Shown here: piece by piece, positions 48,938 through 59,409 of the stretch
How the letters are laid out: the number at the start of each line of letters is the position of its first letter
How positions within the stretch are numbered: position 1 is the first letter of the stretch
From: an archaeon
GTDB lineage: Archaea > Nanobdellota > Nanobdellia > SCGC-AAA011-G17 > GW2011-AR20
Reading direction: 5' to 3'
DNA: 64,000 nucleotides
Assembly (NCBI GenBank): GCA_043808705.1
Contig: JAZDEO010000013.1
Location: 8,081-72,080, forward strand
Made by a program: the position numbers and the translations under genes
Notes under the pieces: generated by a model
Databases searched by the model: none
What the model was told of the DNA's origin: nothing
The model's input: the letters and a program-made list of their open reading frames with translations, nothing else

Positions 48938-49943
48938 ATTTGTCTACTAATTTAAATTTTAATAATCTAACTAATGCCTCAATTTCTACCTCTGTTAAAA
49001 TTTTAGATAATTCTAAAGAATTTAAAATTCCTTCTTCAATTTTTTTTACTCTTAATATTCTCTTTATTTCATCAAATTCATAATTTTTATCTAATATTTT
49101 TTTAGCAACATCGATTCCAGATAGAATTGCAGGGTTTATCCCATCACAAATTAATCCAGGTGTAAATCCAGCTGCATCACCCACTAAAAAAATATTACCA
49201 AATTCATGACCCCTATAATCATAATTTATTGTTGCACCTTCAAATTTCGCATTTTTTAAATCAATACCATGATCATTACAATATGAATCTAAATAATTTT
49301 TTACCTCTTTTATTGTAACTATTCTACTTTTTTTTAAATCACCCCAAGCACCAATAGAAAAAGAATTTTTATAAGGGAATATCCACATATAACTGGGGCC
49401 TAGTTTTACAGGATTAAATTGAAATTCTAATTCTTTAATCTTTCCTTTTAATCTATATTGAATTGCATCAATTAATTTCTCATTCTTCAAATTTAGATAT
49501 TTTCTTACAATAGAATTTGAACCATCTGCGCCTATTAAATAATCAAATTGAATTTTTTTATTATCTTCCAAAATTATAGAATCTTTTGAGATTTGGTTAA
49601 CTCTTTTTTCTTTCCATATTACTGCTCCAGAATTAATAGCTTGTTTCTCCATATAATCTCCTAAATCTTTTCTATCAAGGGTTGCTGCACATTCTCCATT
49701 TAAATCCAATCTTACATCTTGTAAAGGCGTTTTAAATCTAACATGGCTAAACTTTTTCTGTAAAATAGAATGGGGGAGTTTAATAGCAAACCTTTTTAAG
49801 TTAATAATTCCAGCACAAACTTTATCTCCAATAATCTTATTTTTTTCTAGAACCAGGACTTCTTTATTATTTTCAGCCAAAACCTTTGCAGCAGCTAATC
49901 CTCCAGGCCCAGCTCCAACAATAACAACATCATATTTTTTCAT
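48915..49943 (-). CDS. geranylgeranyl reductase family FAD-dependent oxidoreductase
   Basis: YDVVIVGAGPGGLAAAKVLAE (GxGxxG), LIGADGSNS. Confidence 0.8.
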   Translation of the reverse strand: MKKYDVVIVGAGPGGLAAAKVLAENNKEVLVLEKNKIIGDKVCAGIINLKRFAIKLPHSILQKKFSHVRFKTPLQDVRLDLNGECAATLDRKDLGDYMEKQAINSGAVIWKEKRVNQISKDSIILEDNKKIQFDYLIGADGSNSIVRKYLNLKNEKLIDAIQYRLKGKIKELEFQFNPVKLGPSYMWIFPYKNSFSIGAWGDLKKSRIVTIKEVKNYLDSYCNDHGIDLKNAKFEGATINYDYRGHEFGNIFLVGDAAGFTPGLICDGINPAILSGIDVAKKILDKNYEFDEIKRILRVKKIEEGILNSLELSKILTEVEIEALVRLLKFKLVDKFVLDHME

Positions 49944-49955
49944 TTTAAAATTAAC

Positions 49956-50897
49956 TTATTTTGAAAATCCAGCAAGTAAGGACTCAAGCTGTATGAATTC
50001 ATCTGAACCCTCAACAAGCCTGAATTCAATTTCTCCGCATTTTTCAACCATCTCCAATTTTTTCTCATCCTTGATATCTAAACTTAAAATCTCTTTTTGA
50101 ATCTGTTTAATAATATCAATTCCAGACAATCCGTGTTTTAACATAACCTCTAATAATAAATCTCTAGCTCTTACAAAATTCTTATTAATACAAAGCTCTA
50201 GAACTTGTTTAATCTCTTTAGGCTTAGCAGCACTTACAATTTCATAAATCAAATCCTGGGTTATTTTTTTAGACATAACAGAACAACTTTGTAATACATT
50301 CTCAAGTCTTCTTACATCACCCTCGCTTATTTCATATAAGGCATCAATAGCATCCTTATCAATCTTTAAACCTTCAATTTTAGCCACATTTTCAATAATC
50401 TTTTCAATATCTTTTTTCTCCAAAGGCTTAAATCTAAAAATTGTGCATCTTGATTGTATAGGATCAATAATCTTGCTGCTATAATTGCAGCTTAAAGCAA
50501 ACCTAGTTGAAGAAGCATAATTCTCCATTGTTCTTCTTAAAGCCTGTTGAGCCTCTCTTGTTAAAGAATCACATTCATCTAGATGTATTATTTTAAAGGG
50601 AACATCTCCAATAGATTTAGTTCTAGCAAAATCCTTTATCTCATTTCTAATTGTATCAATGCCCCTTTCATCCGACGCATTAAGATCGAGAAAATTCTGT
50701 CTCCATTCATCCTTAAATAATGTTTTTACAATAACTAAAACAATCGAAGTTTTTCCAGTTCCAGGAGGCCCAGCAAATAAAAGATGAGGGATATTCTTGT
50801 TTTTGACCATGGCCTTAATTCTTTCAACTATCTTATCTTGGCCCTTTATTTCATCAAAACTTGAAGGTCGAAACTTCTCGATCCATATTTCATTCAT
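49956..50897 (-). CDS. rfcS: replication factor C small subunit, intein-free
   Basis: [29 protein letters not shown] motif (IQSRCTIFRF); 313 aa. Confidence 0.9.
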   Translation of the reverse strand: MNEIWIEKFRPSSFDEIKGQDKIVERIKAMVKNKNIPHLLFAGPPGTGKTSIVLVIVKTLFKDEWRQNFLDLNASDERGIDTIRNEIKDFARTKSIGDVPFKIIHLDECDSLTREAQQALRRTMENYASSTRFALSCNYSSKIIDPIQSRCTIFRFKPLEKKDIEKIIENVAKIEGLKIDKDAIDALYEISEGDVRRLENVLQSCSVMSKKITQDLIYEIVSAAKPKEIKQVLELCINKNFVRARDLLLEVMLKHGLSGIDIIKQIQKEILSLDIKDEKKLEMVEKCGEIEFRLVEGSDEFIQLESLLAGFSK

Positions 50898-51026
50898 AGC
50901 TATAAAAATAACTTAATTCTTTATAAAACTTATTACTAAATATGTTCTTTAGACCTATATTATTTAAAATATATTTTACATTCTTTAAAGAATGTTTTTT
51001 ATATCTTTCTAATATTTTTATTTATT

Positions 51027-51695
51027 ATGAAAATAAGAACATTAGCACTTTACGCATTATTAAATACAGTCCCCTTAATAGGATATTCTCAAACATTTAA
51101 TCATACATATGAATTATATGTAGAACCTTTAGGATCTAGATCACCAATAGGTTCTGCCTCAATATCCCAAAACAATGATTCCTTATCTGCAAGAGTTTTT
51201 GTACCTCAAGAAAATATAGATTTATTGTTAACATATGATCTTGCAACAATGCAATATTCTAGTTATTCTAGCGACACTGTACACTTTCAAAATGATCAAA
51301 AATCATTCAACATATTTACAGCATATTCATCTTATTTAAATTCTTTAAATAGAGGTACATTGAATAAGGTAGAATTCGATTTAAAAATAAATCAAAAAGT
51401 AAGAAGAGTTAAGCTAGAATATATAAGTTCAGAAGGAAATGTTCATACATACAAGCTTCAACCTGATGAAGACGGCTTGGAAATAGCAGAAGGTAAAAGC
51501 ATTGAGTATCTTATCATAAATTGTTCTCCAAACAGAGGAATATTTCATCTAGAAGCTATGAGAAAATCAAGCCCAAAAGTTTTGGATTTAATATTTAACT
51601 TTAAAAGATTTAGAAATGACATTAAAGATGGTCTAAACATACATGGTTCTTTAGAAGACTCAACAAGCATAGTAGACAACTTAGAAACCAAATAA
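51027..51695 (+). CDS. secreted hypothetical protein (signal peptide)
   Basis: MKIRTLALYALLNTVPLIGYSQ…. Confidence 0.4.
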   Translation: MKIRTLALYALLNTVPLIGYSQTFNHTYELYVEPLGSRSPIGSASISQNNDSLSARVFVPQENIDLLLTYDLATMQYSSYSSDTVHFQNDQKSFNIFTAYSSYLNSLNRGTLNKVEFDLKINQKVRRVKLEYISSEGNVHTYKLQPDEDGLEIAEGKSIEYLIINCSPNRGIFHLEAMRKSSPKVLDLIFNFKRFRNDIKDGLNIHGSLEDSTSIVDNLETK

Positions 51696-51771
51696 TTTAT
51701 AAATTCCTTCTTATTAGCAAATTTATGGATATTTCAACCAAAAAGATTATTTTTATTATAATTATATAATC

Positions 51772-51796
51772 AGAACTCTATTTCTTCTAGAGTTCT
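51772..51796. promoter_or_regulatory. perfect 9-bp-stem hairpin (AGAACTCTA-tttcttc-TAGAGTTCT) in intergenic region upstream of aaRS gene
   Basis: Seen in sequence; intrinsic terminator for 51027..51695 or leader element for 51867. Confidence 0.4.
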
Positions 51797-51866
51797 AAAA
51801 TAAAGCCTTAAAGATAAATATATAAAAAGAAAAAACAAGGAAAAAATAAATTAAAAGATTGAAAAA

Positions 51867-54659
51867 ATGTCAAATTATGATCATAAAAAAATAGAAGAAG
51901 AAATTTTGTCTTTTTGGAAAGATAAAAAGGTTTTTGATAAATTAATGAAAAGAAATAAAGGCAAAAAACCATGGTCTTTCATCGATGGACCAATTACCGC
52001 TAATAACCCAATGGGCGTGCATCATGCATGGGGAAGAACTTACAAAGATGTTTATCAGAGATTTAAGGCAATGCAAGGATATGATCAAAGATTTCAGAAT
52101 GGTTTTGATTGTCAAGGATTATGGTTGGAAGTAGAAACAGAAAAAGAACTCAATTTTAATTCCAGAAAAGATATAGAGGATTATGGATTAGACAACTTTT
52201 CTAAAGCTTGTCGAAAAAGAGTTGAAAAATTTTCAAAGATACAGACAGAACAATCAATCAGATTAGGGCAATGGATGGATTGGGAAAACTCTTATTATAC
52301 TATGAGTGATGAGAATATACAAGCAATTTGGCACTTCTTAAAGAAATGCCACGAAAAAAGATGGTTATACAAAGGTACTAAAGTTTTACCTTGGTGTATA
52401 AGGTGTGGGACTTCTTCATCACAACATGAAATGTCAGATGAAGGTTACGCCGAATTAACTCATCCCTCTGTTTATGTAAAAGCTAAGATAAAAAATAGAA
52501 ACAAAGAATATTTACTAATCTGGACAACGACCGAATGGACTTTAAGCTCAAATGTTGCAGCAGCAGTTAATCCTGAATTAAATTATTCTCAAGTAAAAAA
52601 AGATGGAGAAACTTATTATTTATCTGAATCCTCATTAAATAAATTAGAAGGAAATTATATTGTTCTTGATACAATCAAAGGAAAGGATTTGGTTGGTTTA
52701 GAATACGAGTCTTTTTACCCAGAAATAGAAGTTCAAAAAAATATAAAACACAAAGTTGTTGCTTGGGATGAAGTTGGAGAAACAGAAGGTACAGGAATAG
52801 TTCATATAGCACCTACCTGTGGGGAAGAAGATTATGAATTAGGAAAAAAAGAAAAACTTCCTTTAATAAAACCAGCATTAAATGAAGAAGGTGTTTATTT
52901 TGATGGATTTGGTTGGTTATCTAAAAAAAGAATAAATAAAAAACTAAAAGAAGAAATAATTAATGACTTAGATAAAAGGGGAATTTTATATAAAATAGAA
53001 AATTATACCCACAGATATCCTATATGTTGGCGTTGTAAAGAAGAGTTAGTTTTTAGAATGAGTTCTGAATGGTTCATTAAAGCAGACGAAATAAGGCCTT
53101 TAATGAAAAAAGAAGCTCAAAAAGTTAAATGGGAGCCAGAACATGTAGGCAAATTAATGCAAAACTGGCTCGATAATATGAGCGATTGGAATATTGGCAG
53201 AAAAAGATATTGGGGTTTACCTTTAATGTTCTATGAATGTAAATGTAATCATTTAAATATAATTGGTTCGTTAAAAGAATTAAAAGAAAAGGCAATTAAT
53301 AAAAAATTAGTTGATTCGTTACCAGGACTTCATAGACCTTGGATTGATGAAATCAAAATTAAATGTGAAAAATGTAATCAAGAAGTATCCAGAATTAAAG
53401 AAGTTGGAGATTGTTGGCTTGATGCAGGTATAGTTCCCTTTTCAACTTTAAAATATTTCTCAGATAAAACTTATTGGAAAAAATGGTTCCCTGCAGAATT
53501 AGTCATTGAAATGAGAGCCCAGGTTAGACTGTGGTTTTATTCAACTTTGTTTATGTCAGTAACATTAGAAAATAAAGCACCTTATCGTCAAGTATTTGCC
53601 TATGAAGAAGTAAGGGACGAAAATGATGAATCAATGCATAAAAGTAAAGGGAATGCAATTTGGTTTGATGAAGCTGTTGAAAAAATGGGTGCAGATGTTA
53701 TGCGTTGGATATATTGTAATCAAGATCCAAAGTTTAATTTAAGATTTGGTTATAATGCTGCAAAAGAGGCAAATAGACAGCTTAATGTTGTTTGGAATCT
53801 TGGAAATTATGTTAGAGATTATTCAGAAATTAATAAAACAGAATCACAGGATATTGCTTCTAAATGGATTATCTCAATAAGAGAATCAACCAAAAAACTA
53901 GTTGTTGAATATTTAGAAAAATTGCAACCAGATAAGGCAATAGAACATATAAAGACTTATTTATTAGATGATTTATCAAGAAATTATGTACGTCTTATAA
54001 GGGATGATTTAGAAGATAAAAAAGTTCAAGCAACTTTATTAAATTCATTTTTAGATGGTTTAAGATTATTAGCACCATTTACTCCTTTTATTACTGAGCA
54101 AATTTATCAGAATCTGAAAAAGCCATTAAAATTGAAAGAGGAATCTATACATCTTGAAAAATGGCCAAAGCATGATCAAAAATTGATTAATAAAAAACTA
54201 GAAAAAGATATGGAATCTGCAAAATTAATAATTCAAAATATACTGGCTGAAAGAGAAAAAGTAAAGATAAATGTCAGATGGCCTCTAGCAGATGTAACAA
54301 TAACTACTGAAAAAAATATCAAGCAAATTCTTTCAATAATACAGAGACAGACAAATATCAAAAAAATAATCCTAAAGAAAGGAAAAGATGAAATAAAATT
54401 AAATACAGTATTAACAAAGGAACTTGAAAAAGAAGGCTTTACTAGAGAACTTATGAGAAGAATCCAGGATTTGAGAAAAAAAGCAAATCTTAAGAAAGAG
54501 GACAAGATAAAACTAAATATCAATTCTTCAATAGATTTGGATTATGAAACAATAAAGAAAACAACAAATGCCTCTTTAGAGAAAATAAAAGGACAGTATT
54601 CTGATAAATTTGTAATAAAAGAAAAAGACTTTGAAATAAGTTTTGATGTAATAAAATAA
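51867..54659 (+). CDS. ileS: class I aminoacyl-tRNA synthetase of the Ile/Val/Leu family, most likely isoleucyl-tRNA synthetase
   Basis: F.F.DGPITANNPMGVHHAWGR…GFDCQGLWLE (HIGH region), KMSKS variant MHKSKGN, Zn-ribbon cysteines; 930 aa. Confidence 0.7.
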   Translation: MSNYDHKKIEEEILSFWKDKKVFDKLMKRNKGKKPWSFIDGPITANNPMGVHHAWGRTYKDVYQRFKAMQGYDQRFQNGFDCQGLWLEVETEKELNFNSRKDIEDYGLDNFSKACRKRVEKFSKIQTEQSIRLGQWMDWENSYYTMSDENIQAIWHFLKKCHEKRWLYKGTKVLPWCIRCGTSSSQHEMSDEGYAELTHPSVYVKAKIKNRNKEYLLIWTTTEWTLSSNVAAAVNPELNYSQVKKDGETYYLSESSLNKLEGNYIVLDTIKGKDLVGLEYESFYPEIEVQKNIKHKVVAWDEVGETEGTGIVHIAPTCGEEDYELGKKEKLPLIKPALNEEGVYFDGFGWLSKKRINKKLKEEIINDLDKRGILYKIENYTHRYPICWRCKEELVFRMSSEWFIKADEIRPLMKKEAQKVKWEPEHVGKLMQNWLDNMSDWNIGRKRYWGLPLMFYECKCNHLNIIGSLKELKEKAINKKLVDSLPGLHRPWIDEIKIKCEKCNQEVSRIKEVGDCWLDAGIVPFSTLKYFSDKTYWKKWFPAELVIEMRAQVRLWFYSTLFMSVTLENKAPYRQVFAYEEVRDENDESMHKSKGNAIWFDEAVEKMGADVMRWIYCNQDPKFNLRFGYNAAKEANRQLNVVWNLGNYVRDYSEINKTESQDIASKWIISIRESTKKLVVEYLEKLQPDKAIEHIKTYLLDDLSRNYVRLIRDDLEDKKVQATLLNSFLDGLRLLAPFTPFITEQIYQNLKKPLKLKEESIHLEKWPKHDQKLINKKLEKDMESAKLIIQNILAEREKVKINVRWPLADVTITTEKNIKQILSIIQRQTNIKKIILKKGKDEIKLNTVLTKELEKEGFTRELMRRIQDLRKKANLKKEDKIKLNINSSIDLDYETIKKTTNASLEKIKGQYSDKFVIKEKDFEISFDVIK

Positions 54660-54710
54660 TTTGACAGAATAAGATAACTTTAAGTATTTTTTCTAATTCT
54701 TATATTTAAA

Positions 54711-55229
54711 ATGACAGACTATACAGGCCAGTTTATAGGAAATATTAAAAATATTCCTGTACTAAAACAACTTTATCAGGTATGTGATTGGTCTTTTAAT
54801 AAGACCATGGATGCAGTAGGGTGGTTTAATCCTGCTTGGGAAATTTATTTAAGAGAGAATCAAGGACTAGTTGCATTTTCACTCGGTTTTGCAGCTTCTT
54901 ATACAACAGTAAGGCTTGTTGAAAACATTCCTAAAATTATATTTGAAAAAATTGATAGAGAAGATTTGTCAGAAAGATATCTTAGTCTTTTAAAAAAAGC
55001 AGAGATAACTGGTATTTACATAAATCTTGTAGGAATACCTCTTGCAATAGAATATTTTAATCCGGGCGGCATTCAAGGATTATTACACAATCATCCTGTT
55101 TTTTCAGCAGGTTTAATAGGATTAGAGGCAGGAAGCTCCTTAGCAGCTTCACAAGAGATTATAGGAAGGCATAAAGGAAAAATTAAACGTCTTGAAGATA
55201 GAATTCTAAAACCTGAAGACTTAGATTAA
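54711..55229 (+). CDS. hypothetical protein
   Basis: ORF track only. Confidence 0.3.
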   Translation: MTDYTGQFIGNIKNIPVLKQLYQVCDWSFNKTMDAVGWFNPAWEIYLRENQGLVAFSLGFAASYTTVRLVENIPKIIFEKIDREDLSERYLSLLKKAEITGIYINLVGIPLAIEYFNPGGIQGLLHNHPVFSAGLIGLEAGSSLAASQEIIGRHKGKIKRLEDRILKPEDLD

Positions 55230-55252
55230 AATTATTTAATGATAGTGATAAC

Positions 55253-55273
55253 AAATCCTTTATAAAAGGATTT
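55253..55273. terminator. perfect 9-bp stem / 3-nt loop hairpin (AAATCCTTT-ata-AAAGGATTT) after 54711..55229
   Basis: Seen in sequence, 24 nt past stop codon. Confidence 0.35.
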
Positions 55274-55337
55274 AAATACTTTTCTATGGTATTTATAAAA
55301 TAATTGTTAAATAATTTGGTGTAGGGGGGTTATCTTA

Positions 55338-55883
55338 ATGAACAAACAAAGGACCGAGATCAAAATACAAAATATTGTTGTTTCTACGTCTTTAGAACAT
55401 GACATACCTTTAATAAAATTGGCTGAAACACTGCCAAATACAGAATACAATCCTGAACAATTTCCAGGATTAGTTATGAGAATAAAAGAACCAAAAACAT
55501 CTGCCTTAATATTCTCATCTGGAAAGGTTGTTTGTACAGGAGCCAAATCATTAACAAAGGTTAAAGAGTCTATATCAAAGATAATAAAGAATCTAGCAAA
55601 AATAAACATAAGAATCAAGGTTAAACCAAAAATAGTGGTTCAAAACATGGTTGCTTCAGGTTCAATTAAAATGGATTTAAATCTAAATTCATTAGCCATG
55701 AAACTTCCCAATACAGAATATGAACCAGAGCAATTTCCAGGTTTAGTATATAAATTACAAGGAACTAGAGCCACTTTTTTATTATTTAGTAATGGAAAGA
55801 TAGTTTGTACAGGAACAAGATCAGAAATAAAATTAAGAGAAGCAGTAAGAAAATTAGTTGTTAACCTAAAAAAATTGAAATAA
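55338..55883 (+). CDS. tbp: TATA-box binding protein
   Basis: Two TBP repeats: TEYNPEQFPGLVMRIKEPKTSALIFSSGKVVCTGAKS / TEYEPEQFPGLVYKLQGTRATFLLFSNGKIVCTGTRS. Confidence 0.95.
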   Translation: MNKQRTEIKIQNIVVSTSLEHDIPLIKLAETLPNTEYNPEQFPGLVMRIKEPKTSALIFSSGKVVCTGAKSLTKVKESISKIIKNLAKINIRIKVKPKIVVQNMVASGSIKMDLNLNSLAMKLPNTEYEPEQFPGLVYKLQGTRATFLLFSNGKIVCTGTRSEIKLREAVRKLVVNLKKLK

Positions 55884-55975
55884 AAAATCAAAGTGGTTAT
55901 ATATTAACTATATTAAATTATACACTATTTTTTATTAATAAACTATTTAAATGTAATTAAATATCTCAAAATAAA

Positions 55976-57997
55976 ATGGCTGTAGATGCATCAGAACAAA
56001 TAGAGAAATTTAAGGAATTCTTACATAGGGATTATGAAAAGGTAATTTATGAGAATGTAAGAAAAGGCAATTATGTAGTAAACATTGATTTCTCCCATAT
56101 AATGGAATTTGATCATGAATTAGCAGATCAATTACTAGAAGAACCAGAAGAGACATTAAAAGCTGCAGAACTTGCCATAGACTCATTTGACATTGAAAAA
56201 TCAATGAGGGTACGTGTTTATAACTTGCCTTCAAGCCAATTTATAATGATTAGAGACATTAGAAGTTTACATCTCGATAAGTTAATGTACATAGAAGGAA
56301 TTGTAAGACAATCATCAGATGTAAGGCCCCAAGTAACATCAGCAAGATTCGAATGCCCTTCTTGCGGTAATAATATTTCTATTTTACAATTAGACACAAA
56401 ATTCAAAGAACCATCAAGATGTTCCTGTGGAAGAAAAGGTAAATTTAGGCTTATAAGTAAAGATTTAGTAGATGCTCAACGTTTAGTTATAGAAGAAACC
56501 CCAGAGGTATTAGAAGGGGGAGAACAGCCAAAAAGATTATCTGTATTTTTAAAAGAAGACTTAGTAGAACCAAAAATGGAGAAGAAAACAACCCCAGGAT
56601 CTAAAGTAAGAATTACAGGAGTAGTAAAAGAAGTTCCAATTACATTGAAAACAGGTGCTCAGTCAATAAGATATGACTTAATGATGGAATCTAATTATAT
56701 TGAACCTATAGAAGAGATATTTTCTGATATAGAAATAAATCAAGAGGACGAACTTCAAATAAAAGAGCTTGCAAAAGATCCAAATATATATGAAAAATTA
56801 ACAAACGCCATAGCTCCTTCTATTTATGGTCATGAACGTGTAAAAGAGGCAATAATTCTTCAATTAATGGGTGGTGTAAGAAAGAAAAAGGAAGACGGTA
56901 CAATAACAAGGGGAGACATGCATATACTCTTGGTTGGGGATCCTGGTTCTGGGAAATCACAAATCTTGACATTTGTTTCAAAATCAGCACCAAAAGCAAG
57001 ATTTGTTTCAGGTAAAGGGGTTTCTGGAGCAGGTTTAACAGCATCGGTTGTAAAAGACGAGTTTTTAAGAGGATGGGCTCTAGAGGCAGGAGCATTAGTT
57101 CTAGCAAATGGTGGTTATTGTTGTATTGATGAGTTAGATAAAATGACACCAGAAGATAGAAGCGCCATGCACGAGGCCATGGAGCAACAACAAGTTAGTA
57201 TTTCGAAGGCTAATATTCAAGCAACTTTGCGCGCACAAACTACAATACTAGCAGCAGCAAATCCAAAATTGGGAAGATTCGATCCCTACACACCTATAGC
57301 AGCTCAAATAGATTTACCAGCAGCATTAATTAACAGATTTGATTTAATCTTTCCAATAAGAGATATTCCAAATAAGGAATTAGATGAAAAAATAGCTTCA
57401 CATGTCCTAAAACTTCAACAAACCCCAAAAGGTGCAGAAGCAGAAATTTCTGTAAAATTATTAAGAAAATATATAGCATATGCCAGACAAAAAGTAAGTC
57501 CTGTTTTAACAGATCAAGCAATAGATGAAATAAAAGAATTTTATGTAGCTTTAAGAAATTCGGGGCAAACAGGCGATGATCAAATAAAACCTATTCCAAT
57601 CTCAGCTCGTCAACTAGAAGCTCTAGTAAGATTAGCAGAGGGTGCAGCAAGATTAAGGTTATCTAAAAAAGTATCAAGACAAGATGCAAGAAAATCTATA
57701 ACTTTATTAAAGCACTGTTTAATGCAAGTTGGCATAGATCCAGAAACAGGTAAAATAGATATTGATAGAATTTCAACAGGAATATCAACATCTCAACGTT
57801 CTAGAATAATAGTAATCAGAGAAATTATCAAAAAATTAGAAGCAGATATTGGAAAATCAATACCCACACAAAATATTGTTGTGGAAGCAGCAGCTAAGGG
57901 CATAGATGAATCACAAGTAGAAGAAGCTCTAGAAAGATTAACAAGAGAGGGTTTTATATTTCAACCAAAAAGAGATTCAGTCTCGATAATTGATTAA
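55976..57997 (+). CDS. mcm: MCM replicative helicase, intein-free
   Basis: Zn finger CPSCGN…CSCGRKG, Walker A GDPGSGKSQ, Walker B CCIDELDKM, arginine finger region; 673 aa. Confidence 0.9.
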   Translation: MAVDASEQIEKFKEFLHRDYEKVIYENVRKGNYVVNIDFSHIMEFDHELADQLLEEPEETLKAAELAIDSFDIEKSMRVRVYNLPSSQFIMIRDIRSLHLDKLMYIEGIVRQSSDVRPQVTSARFECPSCGNNISILQLDTKFKEPSRCSCGRKGKFRLISKDLVDAQRLVIEETPEVLEGGEQPKRLSVFLKEDLVEPKMEKKTTPGSKVRITGVVKEVPITLKTGAQSIRYDLMMESNYIEPIEEIFSDIEINQEDELQIKELAKDPNIYEKLTNAIAPSIYGHERVKEAIILQLMGGVRKKKEDGTITRGDMHILLVGDPGSGKSQILTFVSKSAPKARFVSGKGVSGAGLTASVVKDEFLRGWALEAGALVLANGGYCCIDELDKMTPEDRSAMHEAMEQQQVSISKANIQATLRAQTTILAAANPKLGRFDPYTPIAAQIDLPAALINRFDLIFPIRDIPNKELDEKIASHVLKLQQTPKGAEAEISVKLLRKYIAYARQKVSPVLTDQAIDEIKEFYVALRNSGQTGDDQIKPIPISARQLEALVRLAEGAARLRLSKKVSRQDARKSITLLKHCLMQVGIDPETGKIDIDRISTGISTSQRSRIIVIREIIKKLEADIGKSIPTQNIVVEAAAKGIDESQVEEALERLTREGFIFQPKRDSVSIID

Positions 57998-58658
57998 AAT
58001 GGAAATTAAAAGACAAACAGCATACAAGCTTTGGATATCTTATATAAACAATTCGAATTTTGTAAAAACCTTAGAGGAATTTTCACCAAATTATATTGAA
58101 GTAAATAACAAAAGAGTATCAAGAGTAAATTTGATTGGAACAGTAATAAATAGATATGAAAACTTAAATTATATTTCTCTAATAATAGATGATTCGTCAT
58201 CTCAAATATCAATAAAGGCATGGAACGAAGATTCTGTATTACTAAAAAGCATAAATGTCTCAGACATAATTTTAGTTATAGGTAAATTAAAACAGTCTTC
58301 ATTAAACAATTCAATTTATGTCTTACCAGAAATAGTTAAGCAAGTTGATCTTAATTTTGAATTACTAAGAAAACTAGAATTATTAAAAGAATATGGAAAA
58401 CCTTTAATAGAGGAAATTAAAAAAGAAGAAAACTTAGACAAGAAAGAAGAAGCTTTTGTAGAAGAAATAAAGGTATCTAATTCATTAAGACAACAAGTTT
58501 TAAATACCATCGAAAGGTTAGATAGTGATGAAGGAATAACTCTTTCAGAGATTTCAAAAGAGTTAAAAGAGGAAGAAATAACTGTTAACGAAATCCTAGA
58601 AGATTTGATAAAAGAGGGGGAAATATTTCAAATAAAAAACAGGTTTAAGATAATATGA
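57990..58658 (+). CDS. OB-fold + C-terminal winged-helix protein (RPA32/Stn1-like?)
   Basis: VNLIGTVINRYE…ISLIIDDSSSQISIKAWNED…IILVIGKL (OB) and acidic wH-like C-terminus; overlaps mcm stop by 8 nt. Confidence 0.4.
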   Translation: MIKMEIKRQTAYKLWISYINNSNFVKTLEEFSPNYIEVNNKRVSRVNLIGTVINRYENLNYISLIIDDSSSQISIKAWNEDSVLLKSINVSDIILVIGKLKQSSLNNSIYVLPEIVKQVDLNFELLRKLELLKEYGKPLIEEIKKEENLDKKEEAFVEEIKVSNSLRQQVLNTIERLDSDEGITLSEISKELKEEEITVNEILEDLIKEGEIFQIKNRFKII

Positions 58659-59062
58659 AATACGAAGAACTATTAGATAAGGTGTATAAGGAAGTGCCTA
58701 AAGTAATTGAAAATACAGAAAGATTTGAAATACCAAAGGCAATAGGCCATATACAAGGTAATAAGACAATAATTTCAAACTTTACTAAGATAGCAGACGC
58801 ATTTAGAAGACCCTATTCACAATTAATGAAATACTTGCTTAGAGAGTTAGCTACTCCAGGCAACATAGAAGGCCAAAGACTGATCTTAGGAAGAAAACTT
58901 TCATCTTCACTAATAAACCAAAAGATTGAAGAATTTGCAAATGATTTTGTTTTATGTCCTGTCTGTAAAAAACCAGATACAGTATTAAAGAAAGAAGACA
59001 GAGTTCTAGTAATGAAATGTACAGCCTGCGGGGCAAAAAATCCAATCAAATCAAAGATATAA
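58655..59062 (+). CDS. translation initiation factor 2 beta subunit (aIF2β)
   Basis: C-terminal zinc ribbon CPVCKKPDT…CTACGA, 135 aa. Confidence 0.85.
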   Translation: MKYEELLDKVYKEVPKVIENTERFEIPKAIGHIQGNKTIISNFTKIADAFRRPYSQLMKYLLRELATPGNIEGQRLILGRKLSSSLINQKIEEFANDFVLCPVCKKPDTVLKKEDRVLVMKCTACGAKNPIKSKI

Positions 59063-59101
59063 GTTAAATAAGATTAAAAAAGACTCTTAAATAAAATAAA
59101 T

Positions 59102-59386
59102 ATGATATTAAAAAAAGAGCATAATTATCAAGGTAAAAGATTAATTGTATTATGTGATTCTTCTTTAATAGGAAAGAAATTATCTGAAAACGATTTATGT
59201 TTAAATATATCAGAAAGATTCTATAAAGGTGAGAAATTAAATGAATCTGATCTAAAAGAATTAGACGATTCAGTTATGTTTAATCTTGTTGGCAAGGAAT
59301 CAATAAAGATTGCATTAAAATATAAATTAATAAATAAAGATAAGATAATAAAAATACAGAAAGTACCTCACGCCATGGTAATATAA
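59102..59386 (+). CDS. DUF424-family small protein
   Basis: QGKRLIVLCDSSLIGKKLSENDLCLNISERFYKGE pattern as remembered for DUF424. Confidence 0.45.
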   Translation: MILKKEHNYQGKRLIVLCDSSLIGKKLSENDLCLNISERFYKGEKLNESDLKELDDSVMFNLVGKESIKIALKYKLINKDKIIKIQKVPHAMVI

Positions 59387-59409
59387 TCAATAATATAGAA
59401 ATAATTAAT

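Noticed and set aside
56010-57521. Minus-strand ORFs inside mcm (56010..56234, 56218..56406, 56820..57149, 57330..57521)
   Set aside because: Antisense to the conserved MCM gene; Leu/His/Pro-rich shadow translations.
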